From an uncultured Methanoregulaceae archaeon (lineage in GTDB: Archaea > Halobacteriota > Methanomicrobia > Methanomicrobiales > Methanospirillaceae), in contig CAWFFE010000006.1 in assembly GCA_963815065.1 (NCBI GenBank), positions 41,110 to 105,109 on the forward strand: DNA of 64,000 nt, in the 5' to 3' direction. The number at the start of each line of letters is the position of its first letter. Positions within the stretch are counted from its first letter, which is position 1. Position numbers and translations under genes: made by a program. The notes under the pieces were generated by a model. The model made no database searches, had not been told where the DNA came from, and saw nothing but the letters and a program-made list of their open reading frames with translations. Below are positions 23,750-32,211 of the stretch, piece by piece.

Positions 23750-23758
23750 TTTTTTTTT
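23750..23758 (+). terminator. Archaeal U-tract terminator after tfs
   Basis: Run of 9 T about 10 bp after the stop codon. Confidence 0.5.
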
Positions 23759-24181
23759 AAATCCCGATATGATGCGCTAAACTCTCTCGATCAAAGTACT
23801 CTCTGCCGCATCGTTTCGCATTGCGCCAGCGCCTTGCAAGCTATTATTATTCCCCGCATCCGCCTATGAATGGGGAAGACCTCCAGACCACCTCATCAGA
23901 ATAAGACACCCGGGAGGTCTTCTGCCTTTTTTCCGTTTTTCGTGGCAGTCGGAAGTTTCCGGTGATTTCAATAATAGTGGAATTTTTCACGAATACATTT
24001 CTTCAACTGCTCACCCGTATCGAATCTCATCCTTATCCGGATTTTCATCTCAATTTCTGGCAAACTGTACGTGATAAGCGAGTTCACCTGTGGCAATGAA
24101 GACCCCTGGAATCCCGTTTGTGATGAGGGGGCTTCTCACTCATAATCATGATGGACGTCACATTATTAAACCCAATAATTT

Positions 24182-24404
24182 TGCTCTGTAGAAATGCTTT
24201 TTCAGATACCATGATCGCCCCCCCTGCGCCAGCCCTGCCCCCGGGGGGGCGGGGGCGCTTACGATGCCCCGGTATTACCTGTACGTATAATCTCCCGCGG
24301 TTTCTATACAGGTAATACGGAATTATCGCAACTGGGGGGGTGCCACAGCGGCAGGGGCGAAGCCCCCGAGAGCGTCTGAAAGTTTTGAGGATTTCAACAG
24401 AGCA
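24182..24404. mobile_element. MITE-like non-autonomous element (223 bp) with 14-bp TIRs and 8-bp TSD
   Basis: Left end TGCTCTGTAGAAAT and right end ATTTCAACAGAGCA (1 mismatch). AATAATTT directly repeated at 24174-24181 and 24405-24412. Internal GC-rich hairpins. Related copy at ~43.7-43.9 kb. Confidence 0.85.
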
Positions 24405-24603
24405 AATAATTTCAAAGAAACTCTGGTTTAAACTCGTTTACCTTATTGATAAGAATCCCCTTTGGGAATGTTCGTTTCCTTGAGAAAAATGGATACCCGT
24501 TTTTCCTACGGGGGATCTTTACCTTCGTTCGGTCGTCGTTGTTGAAAATGGTAACATTTTAGTACGGATAATCATCATTAATAATGTAAAATTGGGGTTT
24601 TTC

Positions 24604-26496
24604 ATGGCAGAAAATTTTGATGTAAAACTCTCTGAAAAGTTCTATATGCCGGATCCCTCTGTTAAGCCGAACAGCTGGCTGGGGGATTACCAGAAGGCAT
24701 ACGATGACTTCCTGCAGGATCCCGAAGGGTTCTGGGATCGTGTAGCGCATGAACTCCACTGGTTTTCTCCTTATTCGAAAATAAAGGAGTGGAACTACCC
24801 GTATGCCCGCTGGTTTACCGGCGGTAAAATGAATATTACCTACAACTGTCTTGATCGCCACGTAATAAATTCGCGCCGGAACAAGGTGGCTCTGATCTGG
24901 AAAGGGGAGGACGACACTGAACGTATCTTCACGTACCGTCAGCTGTACCGGAGCGTTATGCAGGTGGCAAACGGGTTGAAGAAGCTCGGAATCACCCGGG
25001 GTGACCGGGTATGTATTTATATGCCGATGGTGCCCGAGCAGATCATCGCTATGCTCGCGTGTGCACGCATCGGGGCGGTTCACAGCGTCGTATTCGGGGG
25101 TTTCGGTGCTGCTGCCCTGAACAGCAGGATAAACGGTGCTGAAGCGAAGCTTGTTATCACTGCTGACGTTACCTTCCGGCGTGGCAAATCGATCCCTCTC
25201 AAACATATTATCGAGGAGGCGATCATCAATGCGCCAAGCGTTGAACATGTTGTGGTCCTGCGGCGGGAACTCACCCAGCCGGTTGAGATCCACCGCGAGA
25301 TGGAAGTCGACTACTATGACCTTATCAAAGATGTCAGCCGTGAGTGCGAACCTGCCGTGATGGATGCCGAGGACCCGCTCTTCATTCTCTATACGAGCGG
25401 TTCGACCGGGGCCCCTAAGGGGATCGTTCACACCTGCGGAGGCTACATGGTGGGAACCTATTATACCACAAAACATGTCTTTGATATCAAGGAAAATGAT
25501 GTCTACTGGTGCACGGCAGATCCCGGCTGGATCACCGGGCACTCGTACGTGGTGTACGGCCCGCTCGCGATGGGGGCGACCATCGTCATCACGGAAGGTA
25601 CGCCGGATTTTCCGGATCCGTCTGTCTGGTGGAGGATGGTGGAGGAGTTCGGGGTGTCCATCCTTTACACAGCGCCAACAGCGATCCGCATGTTCATGAA
25701 GCTTGGCGAGGAATGGCCGGATAAATGCAACCTGAGTTCGTTACGTATTCTCGGATCGGTCGGCGAACCTCTCAACCCCGAGGCCTTTGAATGGTATTAC
25801 CGGGTCATCGGAAAAGGGCGCTGCCCGATCGTGGATACGTGGTGGCAGACGGAAACCGGGATGCACATGGTAACGACCATGCCGGGAGAACCAATGCTCC
25901 CCGGGTTTGCCGGGAAGGGGATCCCCGGTGTAATTGCAGACGTGGTTAACAAAGACGGAAAACCGGTCCCGCCGGGTACCGGTGGCTTTCTCGTGATCCG
26001 GGAACCGTGGCCTTCCATGATGCGAACGGTCCACAACGACGATGAGCGTTACCGGAAATACTGGAATACCATCCCCGGCTGCTATGCCGTCGGAGATCTT
26101 GCGGTGAAAAATGCGGCGGGATACATCATGGTTCTCGGGCGGGCGGACGACCTGATAGTTGTCGCAGGGCACAATATCGGTACCGCCGAAGTTGAGAGCG
26201 CGCTGGTCTCCCATAAGGCGGTGGCCGAGGCTGCCGTGATCGGAAAGCCCGACGCCATGAAAGGTAACATTATCAAGGCATTCGTCATTCTTCGTCTCAC
26301 CCACGAACCGAGCGAGCGGTTGAAAAATGAACTTACGTACCATGTCAGGATCACCCTCGGCCCGATCGCCATGCCATCGGAGATAGAGTTCGTCCAGTCC
26401 CTGCCAAAGACACGGAGCGGAAAGATCATGCGACGGGTTCTCAAGGCCAAGGAACTCGGGATGGACCCCGGGGACATATCGACTCTTGAAGAATAA
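24604..26496 (+). CDS. acs: AMP-forming acetyl-CoA synthetase
   Basis: YTSGSTGAPKG, WCTADPGWITGHSY, SVGEPLNP, DTWWQTETG, PKTRSGKIMRR. Confidence 0.95.
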   Translation: MAENFDVKLSEKFYMPDPSVKPNSWLGDYQKAYDDFLQDPEGFWDRVAHELHWFSPYSKIKEWNYPYARWFTGGKMNITYNCLDRHVINSRRNKVALIWKGEDDTERIFTYRQLYRSVMQVANGLKKLGITRGDRVCIYMPMVPEQIIAMLACARIGAVHSVVFGGFGAAALNSRINGAEAKLVITADVTFRRGKSIPLKHIIEEAIINAPSVEHVVVLRRELTQPVEIHREMEVDYYDLIKDVSRECEPAVMDAEDPLFILYTSGSTGAPKGIVHTCGGYMVGTYYTTKHVFDIKENDVYWCTADPGWITGHSYVVYGPLAMGATIVITEGTPDFPDPSVWWRMVEEFGVSILYTAPTAIRMFMKLGEEWPDKCNLSSLRILGSVGEPLNPEAFEWYYRVIGKGRCPIVDTWWQTETGMHMVTTMPGEPMLPGFAGKGIPGVIADVVNKDGKPVPPGTGGFLVIREPWPSMMRTVHNDDERYRKYWNTIPGCYAVGDLAVKNAAGYIMVLGRADDLIVVAGHNIGTAEVESALVSHKAVAEAAVIGKPDAMKGNIIKAFVILRLTHEPSERLKNELTYHVRITLGPIAMPSEIEFVQSLPKTRSGKIMRRVLKAKELGMDPGDISTLEE

Positions 26497-26518
26497 ACCG
26501 CGATAAACATTACCCAAC

Positions 26519-26528
26519 TTTTTAAATA
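26519..26528 (+). promoter_or_regulatory. Putative TATA box of tbp
   Basis: TTTTTAAATA about 23 bp upstream of the ATG at 26551. Confidence 0.45.
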
Positions 26529-26550
26529 CTGTTTTGTGGCATTTATAAAT

Positions 26551-27111
26551 ATGAAGGTCAGACCAGAGGACTCCCTCAAGATCGAAAACATTGTGGCCTC
26601 CGCAAAGGTGACTGATTATCTGGACCTGCCCGAGATCGCCTCGAAGATCACGGGAGCCGAATATAATAAGAAGAGATTCCCCGGGGTTGTGCTCCGCATG
26701 CAGGATCCCAAGATTGCCGCGCTCGTTTTTGGGTCAGGAAAAGTCGTGCTCACCGGTGCCAAGAGTATCGATAGTCTGAGCAAGGGTCTCAACATTCTTG
26801 GCGACAAGCTGCGGGACCTTGGCATCGATATCCCGAAGAAACTCGAGTACAAGATCCAGAATATCGTGACGTCCGCTGATCTGGCAACGCCCATCAACCT
26901 GAACAAGATCGCCGTTGGTTTCAACCTGGATAAGATCGAGTACGAACCGGAACAGTTCCCGGGGCTCGTCTATCGCCTCGACACCCCGAAGGTGGTCGTG
27001 CTCCTGTTCGGATCCGGCAAACTGATCATCACCGGAGGCAAGGAACCTGATGATGCCAAAAAAGCCGTGGTCAAAATTCTTTCCGATCTGCGCAGTCTGG
27101 GTTTGATCTGA
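26551..27111 (+). CDS. tbp: TATA-box binding protein
   Basis: Two TBP repeats: IENIVAS..YNKKRFPG..FGSGKVVLTGAK and IQNIVTS..YEPEQFPG..FGSGKLIITGGK. Confidence 0.97.
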   Translation: MKVRPEDSLKIENIVASAKVTDYLDLPEIASKITGAEYNKKRFPGVVLRMQDPKIAALVFGSGKVVLTGAKSIDSLSKGLNILGDKLRDLGIDIPKKLEYKIQNIVTSADLATPINLNKIAVGFNLDKIEYEPEQFPGLVYRLDTPKVVVLLFGSGKLIITGGKEPDDAKKAVVKILSDLRSLGLI

Positions 27112-27297
27112 TTGCCTGAAATTTTTTATCCGGTTGTTAACATGCGCCTATTTTTATAATAGTATTTTCTTATTTAATGACGTTTCTTATTATTAGAAAT
27201 ATATATATCCTTTCCTCATTGCGTAACAATACGAGAGCCTATATATGAAGAATTTGATATTTTGATTGTAATTATCCGTCAATACCGGATGTGATGC

Positions 27298-27672
27298 ATG
27301 AGAACCGAGAACGTGATGTATTTCACCGAGAAAGAAGAGGAATTCGCAAACCTCCTCATTGAGATTGGAACCAAGAGAAATGTCGCAAAGGTACTGGTAT
27401 TTCTGGCAAATACCCCTGAAGCTACCTCGAGGGCAATAGAACGGGGCACGGATCTCCGTCAGCCGGAGGTCAGTATTGCCATGCGGTACCTGATCGAACA
27501 GAGCTGGATCACGAGCCGGGAGAGCAAGGCCGAGAGCAAGGGACGCCCGGTCAAGATCTACGAGCTGTCCCGTCCCATCCAGGAGATTATGGACAGCATA
27601 GAGAAAGAAAAGAAGAAAGAGGCGACTACTCAACTCGCCCTTGTCCAGAAACTACGCGATTACATCCGCTGA
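27298..27672 (+). CDS. Archaeal wHTH transcriptional regulator (TrmB/ArsR-like)
   Basis: TSRAIERGTDLRQPEVSIAM helix-turn-helix and KGRPVKIY wing. Confidence 0.85.
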   Translation: MRTENVMYFTEKEEEFANLLIEIGTKRNVAKVLVFLANTPEATSRAIERGTDLRQPEVSIAMRYLIEQSWITSRESKAESKGRPVKIYELSRPIQEIMDSIEKEKKKEATTQLALVQKLRDYIR

Positions 27673-28365
27673 AGTAATTATCTTACACTTTTTTTGATTG
27701 CCGACGATAACTGTTGTCTTGCCGGCAAAGCTGCAGAAGAGCCCGCTTTCGACCGCGCCCGGGATTTCCCCGATCGCGGCCTCCAGTTCACCGGGGTTAT
27801 CCACCCTGCCAAACCCGCAGTCGACGATGAAATTACCGTTGTCCGTGATGACCGGGCCGTCCTTCCTGATGCCGTCCCGAAGCACGGGAATGCCTCCGAG
27901 GCCCTCCAGCCGGGTCATAACCGGGCGGATGGCAAACGGAAGCACTTCAACCGGCACCGGGCCGGAGAGGGTGTCAACGAGTTTCTGTTCATCGATGATA
28001 ATCACCAGGCTGGTACCGGCAGCTGCCACACACTTCTCCCGGGTCAGGGCAGCTCCGCGGCCCTTGATAAGGCGAAGGCGGCAGTCGACCTGGTCAGCGC
28101 CATCAATGACAAGATCCGGCACGGGCTCCTCATCGAGCGTGGTGAGAGGGACGCCCAATTCATACGCACGCCGTGCCGTCTGGTAGGATGTCGGTATCCC
28201 CCGTACCTGTAAGCCTTCGTGTATACGGGAGGATAAGCGTTCAAGTGCATACAGGACCGTGGAGCCGGTACCCAGCCCGAGGATCATCCCGTCTTTTGCC
28301 ATGTCTGCGGCCCGGTAACCTGCAGCACGCTTTGCTGCGGTGAGAGCCTGTGCTGTGTCGTCCAT
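27652..28365 (-). CDS. rpiA: Ribose-5-phosphate isomerase A
   Basis: LGLGTGST, IDGADQVD, IKGRGAALTREK, PVEVLP, TDNGNFIVD. Confidence 0.95.
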   Translation of the reverse strand: MDDTAQALTAAKRAAGYRAADMAKDGMILGLGTGSTVLYALERLSSRIHEGLQVRGIPTSYQTARRAYELGVPLTTLDEEPVPDLVIDGADQVDCRLRLIKGRGAALTREKCVAAAGTSLVIIIDEQKLVDTLSGPVPVEVLPFAIRPVMTRLEGLGGIPVLRDGIRKDGPVITDNGNFIVDCGFGRVDNPGELEAAIGEIPGAVESGLFCSFAGKTTVIVGNQKKCKIITSADVIA

Positions 28366-28593
28366 CTAGCTGATAGATATCGATTGACTATAATTAATAC
28401 TATGATATTCGTACCTTTTTCGGCAGAGAAACGATGACTTCATGGTACTCACGGCTGAAATACGGACACCGCCGGAAAAATAATAACGCTGCAAAAAACC
28501 ATTGACAGATGAATGCCATGATATCTGTTTTCCGTAGAGAAACAATGCTTTCCCGATGATCCCCGCTGAAGTACGGAACGCCCGGAAAAACGG

Positions 28594-29376
28594 TCACTCC
28601 AGGAATATTTTTTTTGCTTCGTCCTCTGCCGGGTAAGCAGTGCAATCCAGCGTGACCGGGGTGATCGAGACATTTCCCTCCCGGATGGCGTGCACGTCGG
28701 TCCCTTCTTCAGCATCATCAAGGAGCGGACCGTTGATCCAGAAATACGGGCGACCCCGTGGGTCAAAACGTTTCTCAACCCCTGTCCTGAACAGTTTTCT
28801 TGCCAGCCGGGTGATCTCATATCCTCCTTTGACCTCGGAGGGAATATTGACATTGATCACATCCGCATGGGGACAGAACCCCTCTGCCAGGACGCGGGAT
28901 ACCACATCCCGGACGATACTTTTTGCCGCAGCAAAGTTCTGCCCATGGTACCGGGGGTCATCGAATTTGTCGCCCTGGTCCTCAACCTGGAGGGAGAATG
29001 CGATGCTCTTTGTTCCCTGGTTGGAGGCTTCCAGTGCTGCCCCGACCGTGCCGGAGGTCATGATTGATTCAAACGAGAGGTTCTCCCCGATATTGATCCC
29101 GCTCACGACCATTACGGGGTTGAGCTTAAGGGCATACAGGCCGATGATGACCGCATCCGTGGGTTTACCGGCCACTGACCATGCCGGGGTGTCGTTCATC
29201 AGGATCTTTGTTGCCCGCAGTGGCTCGAAGATCGAGATCGATCTGCCGACCGCGCTCTGCTGGGTGGCCGGTGCGACAACGGTTACATCCGCTATCGGGG
29301 TCAGGGCTTCATACGCAGCCCAGAGGCCAACTGAACTCACGCCGTCATCATTGGTCAGCAGGATCGAGGGTTTCAT
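28594..29376 (-). CDS. surE: 5'/3'-nucleotidase SurE
   Basis: ILLTNDDG, VVAP..QSAVG, GKPTD, SGINIGEN, SGTVGAA, NVNIP. Confidence 0.95.
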   Translation of the reverse strand: MKPSILLTNDDGVSSVGLWAAYEALTPIADVTVVAPATQQSAVGRSISIFEPLRATKILMNDTPAWSVAGKPTDAVIIGLYALKLNPVMVVSGINIGENLSFESIMTSGTVGAALEASNQGTKSIAFSLQVEDQGDKFDDPRYHGQNFAAAKSIVRDVVSRVLAEGFCPHADVINVNIPSEVKGGYEITRLARKLFRTGVEKRFDPRGRPYFWINGPLLDDAEEGTDVHAIREGNVSITPVTLDCTAYPAEDEAKKIFLE

Positions 29377-29451
29377 TGCATTCACGTTTGCACCGCACCG
29401 TACAAATAGTTCACCGATCGGATAGGGTCATTTCCTTTCAGAACCAAAAAA

Positions 29452-30345
29452 ATGGTAATGAAAGTCCTGCTTGCCGAATACACCACCGTCCATGATCCCC
29501 ATCTTGCGCCCGAAGGCGCCGCCATGCTCAGCGTGCTGGAGCAGAGTTTCTGTCGCTGCGGGTATGATGTCGTCACCCCCGGTAGCGGGGATTTTGGCGA
29601 TGAGATTACACGCATCGCACCGTCATGTGATATGGGTCTGGTGATCGCTCCGGATCATCTGCTGGCCCGGTACACCCAGACTCTTGAGCAGCACACGCAT
29701 AATCTCGGTTGCGGTTTTATGGCGGCCGCTCTGTGTGCCAACAAGCTCCAGACAGAAAGGATCCTGCGCCTCCATGCAGTGCCGGTGCCTGACGTGGCAT
29801 CATCAGGGCGAAGGGTGATCAAACCGGTGAAAGGCTGCGGTGCGCTGGGGGTGAGATTATCGGAAGGCCCGGCCGGGCCCGACGAATTCTCACAACAGTA
29901 TATCGAGGGAGAACATTTCTCGGTGAGCCTCGTGGCAAGACGGGTCGTGGGTGATGCCTGCCAGTATTTCACGGGCAGGCCCCCGCTTCCGCTTGCGGTA
30001 AACCGGCAGTTCATCGATATTGATGCGGAGGGAAATTTCGGGTATTGTGGCGGTGAGACCCCGGTACACCCGGACCTGGAAGAGGAGATGCTCGGGGTTG
30101 CCAAAAAGGTCGCCATCGTGCTCGGCTGTCAGGGATACTGCGGTGTCGATATGGTTGTCGCCGATAAGATATACGTGGTCGATGTGAACGCGAGGATCAC
30201 CACCAGTCTTGTCGGTATCGCAGCCTGCATGGAAGAGGAGATCGCCGATATTTTAGTTGCAGCATCGAAAGGGGGAGGTCCGGATCTGGTTCACCTCACC
30301 GGGAGCGCCCGTTTCGATACGCAGGGAAAGGTCGTAACGGTATGA
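29452..30345 (+). CDS. mfnD: ATP-grasp ligase, probable tyramine--L-glutamate ligase (methanofuran biosynthesis)
   Basis: ATP-grasp motifs VIKP..GCGA, QQYIEGEHFSVS, GYCGVD, VDVNARITTS. Overlaps the MfnF-like gene. Confidence 0.75.
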   Translation: MVMKVLLAEYTTVHDPHLAPEGAAMLSVLEQSFCRCGYDVVTPGSGDFGDEITRIAPSCDMGLVIAPDHLLARYTQTLEQHTHNLGCGFMAAALCANKLQTERILRLHAVPVPDVASSGRRVIKPVKGCGALGVRLSEGPAGPDEFSQQYIEGEHFSVSLVARRVVGDACQYFTGRPPLPLAVNRQFIDIDAEGNFGYCGGETPVHPDLEEEMLGVAKKVAIVLGCQGYCGVDMVVADKIYVVDVNARITTSLVGIAACMEEEIADILVAASKGGGPDLVHLTGSARFDTQGKVVTV

Positions 30346-31272
30346 TCGGTATTGACGTTGGCGGAGCGAACCTCAAGATAGTTGATGGTGAGGGTGTTCA
30401 TATCCACTACTGTCCGCTCTGGGAAACGTCACCAGTCACTGAGGTGCTGAACCAGTACGCTACGGCAGAAGGTGAACCGGCAGCGGTGGTGATGAGCGGG
30501 GAACTGGCAGACTGTTTTTCCAGCAAGGCCGAGGGCATCTCCTTTATCGTGGACGCGGTGAAGAAGTCGTTTCCCGGTGCCCGTTTTTACGGTACGGACG
30601 GGCGCTTCCATACATCTGCAGTCGCAGAGCTTGCGGCAGCAAACTGGCTTGCGTCGGCAGATTTCCTGCGGGAGGAGTATCCGGAAGCGCTTCTTCTCGA
30701 TATCGGGAGTACCGACTGCAGACATTATCCCCCTTAACCGTTTTGCGTCCCTGAAAGGGCTCACGGATCTCATAAGGCTCCAGAAGGGATATCTCGTCTA
30801 CACGGGCATGCTGAGGGGCAATGTTGCGACCCTGCTGCGATCGGTGTTGCTGGACGGCGTGAGCACCCCGGTAAGTGCCGAGTTTTTCGCCTCGAGCGCA
30901 GATGCCCATCTGGTGCTGGGCCATATTGTCCCATCGCAGTATACAACCGATACACCGGATAATAAAGAAAAAACCCGGGTTGCATCGCTGCGCCGGCTGG
31001 CCCGGGTCGTCTGTGCTGATCTTAACGAGACCGGTGAAAACGGGGCTCTGCAGATCGCAGAACAGTTCTGGGAACAACAACGGGAGCTGGTGTGCAGCCA
31101 GGTGCGGCGTATTTCCGCAGAGTCCGCGGCGCAGGGACTCGTTGTCGCCGGGATTGGATCACCCCTCTTTGCCCGGGAACTGGGTGGGGTCGACCTGGCA
31201 GGCGAACTGGGATCGTTTGCCGATGCCCTGCCCGCATTTTCCGTACGTGAAGTGGCACAACGAAAGTGTTAA
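30342..31272 (+). CDS. mfnF: Hydantoinase-like methanofuran biosynthesis protein (frameshift near 30715)
   Basis: GIDVGGANLK, YCPLW, MSGELADCF, AAANW, DIGST/TADIIP, LVYTG, SAEFFA, RLARVVCAD. Confidence 0.78.
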
Positions 31273-31320
31273 TCCTGAAACCCGGACCTGCGGCGAATGG
31301 TGAACGGAGGTGATGACAGC

Positions 31321-31572
31321 ATGAAACCCTGGATCATGAGCCTTATTCTTTTGAGCGGATCACTGGCTCTGACCGCGGTATTATGGATGCTCGGCCTGCC
31401 TTTTTTCTTCGTGTTCCTCTTCATCCCGCTCATCCCCTTTCTGGGAACGCCCCGTACGGTCCGGCGCTGCCCGGTATGCGGATGGGAAACCACAGGCAGC
31501 GAGCGCTTCTGCCCCTGCGACGGGACTCCCCTCCCCTCCACTGGTGGCGAGGGAGGCAAGCGAGACCACTGA
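31321..31572 (+). CDS. Small membrane protein with C-terminal Zn ribbon
   Basis: Hydrophobic N-terminal half, CPVCG...FCPCDG. RBS-like ggaggtga upstream. Confidence 0.65.
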   Translation: MKPWIMSLILLSGSLALTAVLWMLGLPFFFVFLFIPLIPFLGTPRTVRRCPVCGWETTGSERFCPCDGTPLPSTGGEGGKRDH

Positions 31573-32016
31573 CAGGGGGAGTCGGATCCCGAAGAGGGCC
31601 GTCGTCGGAATTGCCGGGAATGTCTGGCGGGTATACTTCCGTATGGTTCCGCGATCAACGATAATTCCCATCTGTGCAAGGTACATGGAGGTACGGTGAA
31701 AAGGCATCGTTTCGGCGAGGGTCCTGCAGAGATCAACGACGAGGGATCCGCTGCGGGTGTCCGGATAGAACGGTTCATCGGCAGAGCAGAGGATCCCGCA
31801 CTCCCGGCACGTGAACCGTTTTACGAATATCTTGACAGAATACGATTTGCCCTCCCGGATCATTACCGCGAACTGTCTCGTACGGGTATCATACCCTGTC
31901 AGTAAACCGCCGCATGCGGGACAGGCATCCCTGCGATCAAAGACCATCCGGTCAAAGGCCAGGATGCTGCTCTGGACGATATCCGCAAGGAGCGGGGGGA
32001 TTCGAAGCTGTTTCAT
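31381..32016 (-). CDS. Hypothetical Zn-finger protein (transposase-N-terminus-like CxxC...CxxC plus HTH-like segment)
   Basis: CPACGG...KRFTCRECG then MGIIVDRGTIRKY. The 3' end overlaps the convergent gene, so the true end is uncertain. Confidence 0.6.
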   Translation of the reverse strand: MKQLRIPPLLADIVQSSILAFDRMVFDRRDACPACGGLLTGYDTRTRQFAVMIREGKSYSVKIFVKRFTCRECGILCSADEPFYPDTRSGSLVVDLCRTLAETMPFHRTSMYLAQMGIIVDRGTIRKYTRQTFPAIPTTALFGIRLPLSVVSLASLATSGGEGSPVAGAEALAACGFPSAYRAAPDRTGRSQKGDERDEEEHEEKRQAEHP

Positions 32017-32161
32017 GTCTGCGCGTGTCGTGAAATCCGGTTTGAAGGTATCAATCAGAACTTCTTAATTCCCGATTCATGTTAATTGCCAGATAGTGAT
32101 CAGATCCTCTACAGAATGATAGCAACCCCCATCTATTAATCATTTTTTATCGTAATTTCAC

Positions 32162-32173
32162 TATATTTAAATA
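32162..32173 (+). promoter_or_regulatory. Putative TATA box of fdhAB
   Basis: TATATTTAAATA about 40 bp upstream of the fdhA ATG, with RBS-like GAGGT at 32199-32203. Confidence 0.5.
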
Positions 32174-32211
32174 CGGTCAAACCAAATTTTTTTTGTTCGA
32201 GGTTAGAACAT

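Noticed and set aside
24100-24170. C/D-box sRNA (TGATGA at ~24121)
   Set aside because: No CTGA D box at a suitable distance.
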